51,875 bases of DNA from a virus: IMG/VR virus record IMGVR_UViG_3300038420_000034; one strand, given 5' to 3'. The notes beneath the pieces are model-generated. The model was not told the DNA's origin and made no database searches. It saw only the letters and a list, made by a program, of their open reading frames with translations. How positions within the stretch are numbered: the stretch's first letter is position 1; every line of letters begins with the position of its first letter. This document shows, one piece after another, positions 18,059 through 27,275 of the stretch. The translations under genes were made by a program, and so were the position numbers.

Positions 18059-20011
18059 TCATCCATTTTTCCAAGCATCAGGGTCGACGCCAAACTCACC
18101 CTCGCCACCCTCAGGCTCTGGCCCTGGTTCTTGCTCTCTGAACGTCCCGTGACTCTCGCGCTCTTCATTCTCCATGTCAGCCTTCAGCTCTGCTGCCATC
18201 TGCTTGATCAACTTCTGGGCCTCAGGGCCACCCGCTTGGATGGTCTTCATCGTGGCGTTGAACTCATCTTTGGGAAGCTGGATAAGCTTGCTGTAGAGGT
18301 GGGCCGTGATCTCGTCCTCATCCTGGCCGATGGCCGCTACAAACCGCTGCCAAAGCCCGCGGCCCATGATCGGATACGCGGGACTGACAGACCAGTTTGC
18401 CAAGTCAGCCTTGTCAATGACCTCCTTGGCCTTCGATGGGTCAGACGGCAGGCCCTCATAGGAGATCAGCTCCAACAGGCCCTTAGTCAACTCCTGCACC
18501 AGCATCGGAAAGATCATTGCCCTGACCTTGATAACCGGGACCTTGTTCTCGTCCGGCTCAAAGTCTAACTCAGCTGACCCTCCTGCGGCCTCAGGAGTTT
18601 GAGCGGCCATCGATACTTGACTGTCGCCCATGGCAAAATAACCGATCTCGGTCCCGGCCATGGCCATGCCATAAAGCGTGGGCAGGTTGGGGTTGATCTT
18701 GGCGAACCTCTTGTTGAACAGCTGGTAGGCGTAGTTCTTCGAGACCGCCCCACCAGCAATCATCGCATTGATGATCCGACGTTTCATCACCTCGGGGTCG
18801 AAGCCCTTAAACTCCTCAGCAGCCTTGACCTCTTCGGCCTCTCCTGGGCCTTCGGCCTCCGGCTCTTCACCTTCTGGCTCTTCACCTTCTTCGCCAGGTT
18901 CTTCCTCAGGCTCTTCATCGCCACCGATGCGGATGTTCTCAAGCTCGCCGCTGACACCGAGCTTGGCATCAATCTGAAATTCTCCCGCCTCGTATGGCTC
19001 TTTGAACTTCTTGAACTCCGGCTGTTCAAAGATCAGCTCAATGGCAAGCTTCTCCAATGCTCGACGATAGGGTCTTTCCATCTCCATCGCATCACGGATG
19101 GCCACCATCATAGCCTGGTAGATTGACCCGATGTTAAGCTTAGCCTCTTCACCATGGATCCTGTTCAGAAACGTGACCAACCTCTGAAGCGTGTCCTTAT
19201 ATTGGCCCGACTCCGGATAACCGCCAAGGTCCATGGGCATCTCCATCAGAACCTTATCAATTGCTTTTCGCGCGCTCATGCTTTCTCGTTTCGTTTTCTT
19301 CAGCCGCTGCTGTAACAACTGGCGGAGCCACTCACGTTCAAGCGGTCGCATGTCAAATGGAGTCCCGTCCGAGTGAAGCCACTCAAGCTTAACCGTCCTC
19401 CAATCAACGTGACACTGGGTCCCGGCTATCCTGATCAACTCACCATGCACACTGTAAGCCAGGTCTGGAATACCAGCGTGCAATCCAGGGTCAGCGTGGC
19501 CAGTTATCCAATTTCGAAAATCTGTCAAACTAGTCAGCGAAATTCCAGAGGCCGACTTTGTCACTGAGATGGGCTTTCCACTGGCCATAGCCGTGACCCT
19601 GACATGGAGGTCATCTGTGCCAGACTCACCCAGCCTCTGCCGAAGCACGTCCTTAATCCGATCACGCTCAAGAACCCGCATGTCCCATGGGCTGCCATCG
19701 GCATGGACCCACTGAACACTCCAATAGGCTGACACGATCCTATATTGCGCATCTTTGAACGCCTCAGACTCGTGGTCTTCCAACTTAGGGAACATCTTTG
19801 TCAACTTGTCAATAAACTTACCCGCCGCTATCCCGTCCATCAGGTCATGTTCCTTCCTGATGTTATACACACTGGAATAGTTGACGGGCCAGTCTCGAAC
19901 CTCGGGATATGTCAAGTTGCCAGTCGGCACGGTAACCGTAAGCTTAATGGGCAAGGCCGGTTGTGCCGGGCTTGCAATCGTGGCGCTGGCCTTGGCAAAG
20001 AGGTCTTTCAC
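18059..20011 (-). CDS. modular-family large protein (650 aa) with acidic E/P-rich tract
   Basis: Two xHxDG[ST]P[WF]DMR.LER units. SARKAIDKVLMEMP unit. GGDEEPEEEPGEEGEEPEGEEPEAEGPGEAEE low-complexity tract. N-terminus MKDLFAKA... is paralogous to the 646-aa neighbour. Confidence 0.65.
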   Translation of the reverse strand: MKDLFAKASATIASPAQPALPIKLTVTVPTGNLTYPEVRDWPVNYSSVYNIRKEHDLMDGIAAGKFIDKLTKMFPKLEDHESEAFKDAQYRIVSAYWSVQWVHADGSPWDMRVLERDRIKDVLRQRLGESGTDDLHVRVTAMASGKPISVTKSASGISLTSLTDFRNWITGHADPGLHAGIPDLAYSVHGELIRIAGTQCHVDWRTVKLEWLHSDGTPFDMRPLEREWLRQLLQQRLKKTKRESMSARKAIDKVLMEMPMDLGGYPESGQYKDTLQRLVTFLNRIHGEEAKLNIGSIYQAMMVAIRDAMEMERPYRRALEKLAIELIFEQPEFKKFKEPYEAGEFQIDAKLGVSGELENIRIGGDEEPEEEPGEEGEEPEGEEPEAEGPGEAEEVKAAEEFKGFDPEVMKRRIINAMIAGGAVSKNYAYQLFNKRFAKINPNLPTLYGMAMAGTEIGYFAMGDSQVSMAAQTPEAAGGSAELDFEPDENKVPVIKVRAMIFPMLVQELTKGLLELISYEGLPSDPSKAKEVIDKADLANWSVSPAYPIMGRGLWQRFVAAIGQDEDEITAHLYSKLIQLPKDEFNATMKTIQAGGPEAQKLIKQMAAELKADMENEERESHGTFREQEPGPEPEGGEGEFGVDPDAWKNG

Positions 20012-21948
20012 GACTCGTATTCCCTCTCTCCCCTCATGGCCTTTGACAGCTTCTGACGAGTTGACAGTGTAATCTGACGCTGAAATGCCTGCTCCTCATC
20101 TGGGTTAAGCAAGAGATAGTAGGTCCAAGGGTGGTCTTCACCCCTGACCTTGATAACCCTGTCACCAGGTCTGTGGGCCTTGTTGATCAACGCGGCCATC
20201 ACATCAGCCGAGGTATGGTTGGCACGAGTTCTGACAAACCTGAAATCCTTGATCCACTGGAGTGACGGGCCACTGAGCCTGACCTCCTCAGGGCGCCTGA
20301 CCCGGATGGTCTGTGGCCGGTTCTTATCGTTCTTGTCAATCCAGGCCTTGGCCCTCTGCCCAAACTTGAACTCAACATCGTCAAGCTTGCCAGAGGCCTT
20401 TAACTCCTTTTCTAACTCATTGGCAATCTTGCACCTATCCACGTGGGCCTGCACCGCATGCCATCTTACGGCCATCTCCGGTGGCAGTGGCTCAGAATAC
20501 AACAGCCAACGTCGAGCCCCATTTCCAGCCATGATGGTGCCATTGCAGCTAATCTCTGGGGTTATCGAGTTGACATAAGCATGACCGCCTTTGACAACCC
20601 CAGAAGACTTGCCATACTTTGGTTTTCCAATGTGATACTCTGGAGACTCCACCAGCCTGTCAATGACCTGCCGTGCCTCGCCGATCCCGCGTCTCATAGC
20701 CTGCCTGACCTTCCTGCGTTCGTATGGCCTGACATCGTAGGGTGTGCCGTCCTTGTGAACCCACCTGAGAAACTTCACACTCCTGAACTCAGGCATGTCA
20801 GCCCGCAAAATATCATTGATGAGCTGAGCATCTTCAGGATCGGGGATGGTTAACACCGAACTCCCATAAGAAGACAACGGCCAACCATCCGTAACATGAT
20901 AGGGTGGGCCAAAGCTGAAACATGACCCAACATGAAAGTTAAGCCAGCCAATGACACCATCCCACTCCACATCATGCGGGATATCGATACGAACAGTAAA
21001 GGCCACCTCGTGTGTCTGATGTCCCGGATATACTCGGCCTATCTCCCACGAACGTTTGAACTGCTTAGCCTTGTGAGGGTTCATCCTCAGGATGACCTCA
21101 CACTCCGCATATAGGTCAGGCGGCCCAAGGACACCTTTAGGGTCAAGCTCGTCCTCGCCAATGTTTATCCACTTAGTCGTCATGACATCCTTAAGCCGCT
21201 GACACTCAAGTGGTCGAACATCGTATGGCTCTCCACCAAACTTGATCCACTCAAACTTGGCCCTATCCTTGTGATACTTGAGAACATCCGCCATGTAAAC
21301 CACCACACGATGAATAGCGGGCCTAGTCAAGACAGGGTAGGTCCGCTTGACGTAGTCAACCAAAGCCCCAATCAGTGGGTTGAATATCCGGCTGTCTATG
21401 TAATACTCCTGGGGCCACCGCAATCGCCCGGTCAACCAATCTTTAAGAGTGTCCCACAAGACACCCTTCGTCGAAACAGTGGCCTTCGCCACCAACTCCA
21501 CCCCAGTGCATGAGTTTGGGATGTTGATGGTCACCCTCATGTAGAGGCCTTCAACCTCATCGATGACCTGCCTTGCCAATGACTCAGCCGTGGCATCGAT
21601 GCCACGGGCCATCGCCTGACCTACACGTTCACGCTCGAGTGGCCGGATGTCGTATGGAGAGCCGTCAGAGTGAAGATACTCAAATTTAGCCTGTTCCCAG
21701 TTTATCCGATGAGCATCTTTGAAGCCCGCTTGATTATTAAACTGGCTTCTAACCGAGTTGTAAACTTCAAAATCCATCATCTCGATGGCAGGCCTCTGGG
21801 AACCTGAAAAATTCTTGGACCAACTCCGAACATCGTCCCACGACACCTTCTCTGGAACTTGAACTATGTGAGAAGCCTTGTCAAGACCTGCCAGGCCTGC
21901 CTGGTCGTAGACCACAGGAACCGTGACCTTGACAAAGAAGTCCTTCAT
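20008..21948 (-). CDS. modular-family large protein (646 aa)
   Basis: Three DG(S/T/E)PYD(I/V)RP(L/Y)E units. Two ARQVID units. C-terminal YYLLLNPDEEQAF...SKAMRGE module. Confidence 0.65.
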   Translation of the reverse strand: MKDFFVKVTVPVVYDQAGLAGLDKASHIVQVPEKVSWDDVRSWSKNFSGSQRPAIEMMDFEVYNSVRSQFNNQAGFKDAHRINWEQAKFEYLHSDGSPYDIRPLERERVGQAMARGIDATAESLARQVIDEVEGLYMRVTINIPNSCTGVELVAKATVSTKGVLWDTLKDWLTGRLRWPQEYYIDSRIFNPLIGALVDYVKRTYPVLTRPAIHRVVVYMADVLKYHKDRAKFEWIKFGGEPYDVRPLECQRLKDVMTTKWINIGEDELDPKGVLGPPDLYAECEVILRMNPHKAKQFKRSWEIGRVYPGHQTHEVAFTVRIDIPHDVEWDGVIGWLNFHVGSCFSFGPPYHVTDGWPLSSYGSSVLTIPDPEDAQLINDILRADMPEFRSVKFLRWVHKDGTPYDVRPYERRKVRQAMRRGIGEARQVIDRLVESPEYHIGKPKYGKSSGVVKGGHAYVNSITPEISCNGTIMAGNGARRWLLYSEPLPPEMAVRWHAVQAHVDRCKIANELEKELKASGKLDDVEFKFGQRAKAWIDKNDKNRPQTIRVRRPEEVRLSGPSLQWIKDFRFVRTRANHTSADVMAALINKAHRPGDRVIKVRGEDHPWTYYLLLNPDEEQAFQRQITLSTRQKLSKAMRGEREYES

Positions 21949-21957
21949 CGCCCATGG

Positions 21958-22236
21958 CTAAAAGCCCGAGATGCCGGCTATAGGACCTTTTGCCAACTCG
22001 GTGGCCTTTGCCTTGGGTCTCGGGCGAACGCCCGGCCTAGGTGTGAACTTCCACGGCCGGACGCCAGGACGCCTCACCGGATCAGGTGGTCTCTGAGGCC
22101 TGGTTGGCGTTCGAACCGGCGTTGGGGTAATGACCGGGACTGGCCCGGAGCGCCCAAAACCAATGTTCCGGTCGAAGCATGGAACTCCGGCTACCCCGGT
22201 GAACTCGTCGATGACCTGTCGTGCTTTGCTGCTCAT
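21958..22236 (-). CDS. small modular-family protein (92 aa) starting MSSKARQVIDEF
   Basis: N-terminal ARQVID unit followed by a P/R-rich tail. Fits the gap between neighbours. Confidence 0.4.
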   Translation of the reverse strand: MSSKARQVIDEFTGVAGVPCFDRNIGFGRSGPVPVITPTPVRTPTRPQRPPDPVRRPGVRPWKFTPRPGVRPRPKAKATELAKGPIAGISGF

Positions 22237-22238
22237 AA

Positions 22239-23348
22239 TTAACCTTCCGCAAAAATTGGGTTTCCAGGAGTCAGTCCAGCCTTTGGCCTTGGGCTGACAG
22301 TCTCTTTAGGGTTGAACCGCCGCCGATATCCAGCCTCAAATGGAGAACCTTTAACTGCTTGCCAGAGCTTGGGGTGGTGCCGGTTGTAACGCAGCGCATA
22401 CTCATACGCCGTAAATGGCTGCCGCAAGACCTGGTCCAGCTCAACAACAGCGTTATTGGAAAAGGCGTAGGCCGGCTTCGGATCATGCTCTATCTCGGCA
22501 TCAATAATTTGTCGCGCATTCATGCCTAGCCTAAGTAGTCCTGATTCACCCACCACCCGACCGTGGATAACCTTCGGCCTACCGGCTGAGATACGCTTTT
22601 GCATGACCCGCTTGAGGTGGTCAGCCTGGAGCGGCCGAACATCATAGGGCGTGCCGTCCTTGTGAACATAGTCAACAACACCTACCACCCCGATCCCAGG
22701 GTGAGGCTTGTGAGAGGCCTCAACCTTGGCCTTGAACTCTGGGTGTTGGTCGGCAATCTCACTGTTCCACCACTGTTTCGGGCCTTCACTCGTATACCTG
22801 GCCCGCATATACCCACCAATCATCTCAAATGGGACATGGTCTGGAACTGGCACGGTGACATCGAGCTCATTAAAGTCACTGTGGTCAAACTCGGCCCACG
22901 CTTCTTTCCCACGGGTATAGATGCGAAGCTTGACGATGGCATGCAGGCCTGGGTGAGGGTGGCTAACCTGTCTTGGTTCACCCATGTTTTCACCCAAGGC
23001 CTGGTCAATGACGCCACGGCTCTTGCTGGCCTTGGCCACGACCATCCTCAGGCACCGCCTAGCCACGTCCTCAGCATCCAGTGGTGCCTCAAAGTAGTCA
23101 GTCAACTCGACCTTGTCAACCTCCATGTCAAGGTTGGTGCTCTCCCCGTCAAACTCAGCCTTGCGGATCTCTCTTGCCTCCTTGGGATATACCTGCTCAA
23201 ACTGCTCCCACACCCGGTCTACCTTGTCATTCCACCAGGGGACCTTCACCGTCAACACGACATTTCGCCAGGCCTCACCTCGAGTCCCATGGGCCGCATA
23301 GTCTCCCACGCGGACCCTGATCTTAGCGTGAAGGTCGGGGTGGTTCAT
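22239..23348 (-). CDS. modular-family protein (369 aa)
   Basis: YVHKDGTPYDVRPLQADHLKRVMQKR. KSRGVIDQALGENMGEP. MNARQIIDAEIEHDP. Confidence 0.6.
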   Translation of the reverse strand: MNHPDLHAKIRVRVGDYAAHGTRGEAWRNVVLTVKVPWWNDKVDRVWEQFEQVYPKEAREIRKAEFDGESTNLDMEVDKVELTDYFEAPLDAEDVARRCLRMVVAKASKSRGVIDQALGENMGEPRQVSHPHPGLHAIVKLRIYTRGKEAWAEFDHSDFNELDVTVPVPDHVPFEMIGGYMRARYTSEGPKQWWNSEIADQHPEFKAKVEASHKPHPGIGVVGVVDYVHKDGTPYDVRPLQADHLKRVMQKRISAGRPKVIHGRVVGESGLLRLGMNARQIIDAEIEHDPKPAYAFSNNAVVELDQVLRQPFTAYEYALRYNRHHPKLWQAVKGSPFEAGYRRRFNPKETVSPRPKAGLTPGNPIFAEG

Positions 23349-25687
23349 GCGATCTTGGCCTCGACCCCACGCCTCATGGCCCCGGTAACCAACGCCCGAT
23401 TTGCGTCAAGCACACGACTCTTGAACAGGGCCTTCTCCTTCTGGTTCATCAAGACATAGTATTCAAAGCGGACGCCACCCTTCGAGGACTCAGGGCCAAG
23501 GAGCCTCACCAACTCATCCTCAGGCTGCTTCAGCTGGGCAAATGCGATGGCATCTGCCACCGACCTTGTAGAAGACCTGGCGTGACGAATGTAGCGAAAG
23601 CCTTGGATAAGCGGCTTGATGTCGAACTTTACAAACACCCGCTTGATGCCCTTCATCTTCACGAACTGTTGGCCGGCCTTCTCTTGGTCTATCCAACGCC
23701 AAGCATCATTGGCCGCTCTCCTCGCCAGCCTCTTATACATCTCCGAACTGTCGATGGAGTTCATGACCTTCTTCCTGAACTCCTCATCATGCCGATACCA
23801 GTCATGTGGGTGGGCTGCCTTGGCCTCCTGCCACTCCCTGCGTATCTCAGGCGAGAATGGCTCGGTGGCGACAAACTGCCTGTTGGTCCCATCTGGCAAG
23901 ATGGCGTAGACCTTGACGCTAAACCCAGTCCCACTGTAGACGTCACAGTTGACCGAGTATCGCTCCTCCGGGACGACCTTTGGTCCCGATGGCCTTCCAG
24001 TGGTATACTGTGGCATCTCAACCAACAGCTCCTCACCTAGTGGAGGCTGCTCGGCCGTCTCACCTTGCGGGAAGTCTAGGCCTTGCAGCTTCTGGCTTCG
24101 CTTATCTGCGGCTGCCTCCACGTTCTTCCTGACAACCTCCCGCATGATGTCCTCCCACTGCCTCTTGGTGCAGAGGACGTAATACAGCCCGCAGAGCATG
24201 CCCAGCCACTTCATCCTGACCTGGTGAAGCTCCTCATCCGACTGCTTGGTTGACACCAAGGCCAGCAGGTTCTCAAAGTTGTTGTAGGCCTCAGAGCTGG
24301 TCCACTTGACATCCTTGAACAGCTCGGGGGCGCTGTGGTATGAGACGTTGACGATCTGCAGCGGGTCGGCCCTGAACGTATTGACCTTGTTCCTGCTGGC
24401 CCACTCCCTGGCCGACGAGCTAAAGTCTCCCGTGTAATAGTAGGGTGACTCAGCCAAGCTATCAATGACCCCACGAGACCGACTCATGGCCTTCGACACC
24501 TGTCTCTTCCCAATAAGTTGGATGGCTTGCATTAACCTTACCTTCTCCTCTGGGTTTACAAGCACGTAAAATCCATGTTCATCATGCTGTGCTTGCACGT
24601 TGAGCATCTCATCTTCAGGCCTGCGCAACAATGAAAATGCCACAAGCTGCTCTGGCCTTGACCAGTTTGGCGTAAATCGATAGGGTTCAACCAACTTTCT
24701 CATGACCTCTTGACTGCCATCAATAACCGATCCAGCCGGAACAGTTACCTGCTTGACCTGCGCCAGTGGAACTACCGATTGCCCTGGCTCCATGTTTGGT
24801 CCTGGATAATCGACTCTTCCAGTCAGGTCTTGCCTGAGCACGTGGATCGGCATCTCACTGATAAGCTGAGAGTCAATCACCGACCTGGCCTCACCGACCT
24901 TGCCCATAAGGAGACTCCACGCGGTGTCATGCGCCTTTCGATACTCAGGGTGCCTGAAGCCACCAAACCCATGTTCCCTACCCCAGACGTATGGCGGCTG
25001 CCGCCTCTTGTAGCCAAGCACCTGTGACTTGGTGTAGCGGACACCTGGAAAGTAGTCTAGGTCGTCCTTGTGGATGGTGGGGTCGATGATGGTGCCATCG
25101 GCCGCCTCGATCCAGCCATGCTCAACCGCCACGCCATTTGACTTTAGCCTGGCGAACCCCTCGACATAGAGGTAGTCACCATCGACCTTGCTGATGCGGC
25201 GCAAGACCTTGACGCAGTTAAGCCAGCACTGCTTTGGCGAGGCGCCGAACTTGTCGCCCCACTTCCTCGATAGCTCCATGTCCTTGGCCTCATTCCTAGC
25301 GGCCGCACCCCGCTTCATAGCCGCGTCCACACAGGCTCTTTCCAGTGGCCCGATATCATACCTTGAGCTATCTTCATGGACCCACTCAACACTGCTAAGC
25401 CTGATGTCATCCACAGATTTTTCCTGGCCTTGCAGCAGGCCTTGCGTCTGCAAAAGCTTCATGTTAACGGCTGTATCCGTGGAGTCAAGAAAATCCCAAG
25501 CAAACCTCCAAGCCAGTGTCCTGCCGAAACCTGGTCGCTGGATATTTCGAATGTTCTCCCGCTCAAGCTGACCCTTTGTCTTCTGGCAGTGAAAGCACCC
25601 GACCACTGGCACATAGCCAGGGAAGTCACTCGGGTCAAGCAGCTCAAACTTTCCACCACAGGCCGGACATTTTCCAAGGTCACTCAT
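23345..25687 (-). CDS. modular-family large protein (780 aa) with N-terminal Cys4 zinc ribbon
   Basis: MSDLGKCPACGG...CFHCQ. WVHEDSSRYDIGPLERACVDAAMKRG. GEARSVIDSQLISEMP. RSRGVIDSLAESPYYYTGD. Two ...Y(Y/V)LxNxxEK...AM(S/R)RG modules. Confidence 0.65.
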   Translation of the reverse strand: MSDLGKCPACGGKFELLDPSDFPGYVPVVGCFHCQKTKGQLERENIRNIQRPGFGRTLAWRFAWDFLDSTDTAVNMKLLQTQGLLQGQEKSVDDIRLSSVEWVHEDSSRYDIGPLERACVDAAMKRGAAARNEAKDMELSRKWGDKFGASPKQCWLNCVKVLRRISKVDGDYLYVEGFARLKSNGVAVEHGWIEAADGTIIDPTIHKDDLDYFPGVRYTKSQVLGYKRRQPPYVWGREHGFGGFRHPEYRKAHDTAWSLLMGKVGEARSVIDSQLISEMPIHVLRQDLTGRVDYPGPNMEPGQSVVPLAQVKQVTVPAGSVIDGSQEVMRKLVEPYRFTPNWSRPEQLVAFSLLRRPEDEMLNVQAQHDEHGFYVLVNPEEKVRLMQAIQLIGKRQVSKAMSRSRGVIDSLAESPYYYTGDFSSSAREWASRNKVNTFRADPLQIVNVSYHSAPELFKDVKWTSSEAYNNFENLLALVSTKQSDEELHQVRMKWLGMLCGLYYVLCTKRQWEDIMREVVRKNVEAAADKRSQKLQGLDFPQGETAEQPPLGEELLVEMPQYTTGRPSGPKVVPEERYSVNCDVYSGTGFSVKVYAILPDGTNRQFVATEPFSPEIRREWQEAKAAHPHDWYRHDEEFRKKVMNSIDSSEMYKRLARRAANDAWRWIDQEKAGQQFVKMKGIKRVFVKFDIKPLIQGFRYIRHARSSTRSVADAIAFAQLKQPEDELVRLLGPESSKGGVRFEYYVLMNQKEKALFKSRVLDANRALVTGAMRRGVEAKIA

Positions 25688-25690
25688 AGC

Positions 25691-26224
25691 TCACTTGTTC
25701 AGGTGCAGCTCCAAGACTATGAACTGCGTGACGACGTTCGACACTGGTGCCTCGGCATTCAACGCGGTCTTGGCCGCCGCCAGCCCGGCCGTGGTCACGA
25801 TCAGCTCAGCCCTGGCGGCGTCACGCTTCTCGGTCAGCCGCTTGACTGAGTCGGCCAAGGCCTTCTCTCGCTCGGCCAGCTTGCTGACCTTTTGCTCAAG
25901 TTGTGGGTCACTGCGATGTCTTAGTTGGACATCGTCAATCGCAAGCCAAACGACTCCAATGACTGTGAACAGGATGAGGGTGATGATGGCCAAAACCCAC
26001 CATGGAAACGGCCTTCTTGTGGATGGGATGATCTCTGAATCTACATGCATAACAGTAGGTTGTCTAATTGTTTCTGGGTCGTCATAGATTGGATCTGGAT
26101 TGTGGCACTCTGGGCATCCCACATCACGCGTCTCATATCGAACATGGCACCGAGAACATGTTACCAACCGGCTGGTGAACCTGCGTGGTGGGCCATTTTC
26201 ACCCCAGTGGATGAGCACACTCAT
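25691..26224 (-). CDS. membrane protein: N-terminal zinc ribbon, one TM helix, C-terminal coiled coil (177 aa)
   Basis: CSRCH...CPECH. WWVLAIITLILFTVIGVVWLAI hydrophobic span. Heptad-like LEQKVSKLAEREKALADSVKRLTEKRDAARAEL. Confidence 0.6.
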   Translation of the reverse strand: MSVLIHWGENGPPRRFTSRLVTCSRCHVRYETRDVGCPECHNPDPIYDDPETIRQPTVMHVDSEIIPSTRRPFPWWVLAIITLILFTVIGVVWLAIDDVQLRHRSDPQLEQKVSKLAEREKALADSVKRLTEKRDAARAELIVTTAGLAAAKTALNAEAPVSNVVTQFIVLELHLNK

Positions 26225-26439
26225 CGAATATCCAGGCCCATCTCATGACGAATGGCAAAGGCCTCACCCAGAGAGATGGTGCGTTGACTGTTGGTAAACT
26301 GAACTTGGACTCCACGCTCATTAGCCCTATCAATGAGCGCATCAATGAGCTCAAGGTCCGTAACGTTGAACTCGTCACTGTCAAGGATAGCATCCAGACG
26401 GTTGACATTGAAATCAGGTTTGGCCGTGTGAATTATCAT
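26221..26439 (-). CDS. hypothetical protein (72 aa, from MIIHTAKPDF)
   Basis: Track ORF 26221..26679 trimmed to the ATG at 26439. This leaves a 1-nt gap to the DHFR stop and removes an implausible 240-nt overlap. Confidence 0.45.
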   Translation of the reverse strand: MIIHTAKPDFNVNRLDAILDSDEFNVTDLELIDALIDRANERGVQVQFTNSQRTISLGEAFAIRHEMGLDIR

Positions 26440-26440
26440 C

Positions 26441-26923
26441 TCACATCCTCTCCATCCTCTCGATGGTGCACTGGGCATCATCAAGGTATGTCTCGACATG
26501 GCTAAACATGTTGTCGATGGCCTCCTCGTTGTAAAACTGAGTGTCACCCGTGATAGTCTTGTCCTTGACAAGGGTCCGAAAGAGCTCCATGACCTGAGGC
26601 CAAAACAGTCGGTAGATCTCTGCGCCACCTGCCACGATGCCATCTGGAGGCGCCGCCTCTGGAGAGCCAAACGTGACAAACGGGCTCTCTGTCAACTGAG
26701 GGTGGTGAGAGACAACATAGACCCGCCGCCCAGGAAGCAGACTGGCATCACGCGTCAGAGCCACCCTAAGGCTGATGATAGACTCCCACGTCTTTCGGCC
26801 CATGATCAGCGTGCGGCCCATAGTCAGCTTCTTGAACCACTGAAAGTCTTGTGGGAGATGCCAAGGCAACTTGCCCTTGTCACCAATCACACCCGATCGA
26901 GTCATTGCGATGATGGCCTTCAT
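26441..26923 (-). CDS. folA: dihydrofolate reductase
   Basis: MKAIIAMTRSGVIGDKGKLPWHLPQDFQWFKKLTMGRTLIMGRKTWESI...LPGRRVYVVS: canonical DHFR N-terminal signature and length (160 aa). Confidence 0.85.
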   Translation of the reverse strand: MKAIIAMTRSGVIGDKGKLPWHLPQDFQWFKKLTMGRTLIMGRKTWESIISLRVALTRDASLLPGRRVYVVSHHPQLTESPFVTFGSPEAAPPDGIVAGGAEIYRLFWPQVMELFRTLVKDKTITGDTQFYNEEAIDNMFSHVETYLDDAQCTIERMERM

Positions 26924-27273
26924 GGCACCTTCTTAAGTTTATCCTCACAGGCTTCGAGCCTGACAATTGTCTCGTTCAGGTAGTTCTCAACACACGTCAG
27001 GCAGACGTATCCGCCAAGGTCATCCCGACGATACGGGGTTGGCTTGTCCAGGCCGCACTTAGCACATCGAGTGTGCTGGCCAGGAGGGACGACCTCAGCG
27101 GCACTGGCCAGTTTCCCTGGGTCGTCATCGGCTATCTTGTCGATGATCCCATCGTGGTGCTTCCTGACATAGCTCTGATGTGGCCCATCCATCTTGTCAC
27201 TGGCCCCGAGCATATAGCCCAAGGCCCACAGCAAGAACCGCCGCTCATCCGGTGTCAACTCAAGGGTTGTCAT
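26920..27273 (-). CDS. hypothetical Cys-rich protein (117 aa)
   Basis: CAKCG...CLTC pairs suggest a Zn-binding ribbon. ATGA overlap with folA. Confidence 0.5.
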   Translation of the reverse strand: MTTLELTPDERRFLLWALGYMLGASDKMDGPHQSYVRKHHDGIIDKIADDDPGKLASAAEVVPPGQHTRCAKCGLDKPTPYRRDDLGGYVCLTCVENYLNETIVRLEACEDKLKKVP

Positions 27274-27275
27274 GA

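Noticed and set aside
22599-23459. 286-aa plus-strand ORF
   Set aside because: Antisense to two module-family genes whose translations carry conserved motifs. The plus-frame product is low-complexity.
26221-26679. Full 152-aa extent of this ORF
   Set aside because: Its N-terminal 80 aa overlap DHFR in another frame and are Arg/Ser-rich junk. Only the C-terminal 72 aa from ATG 26439 were kept.
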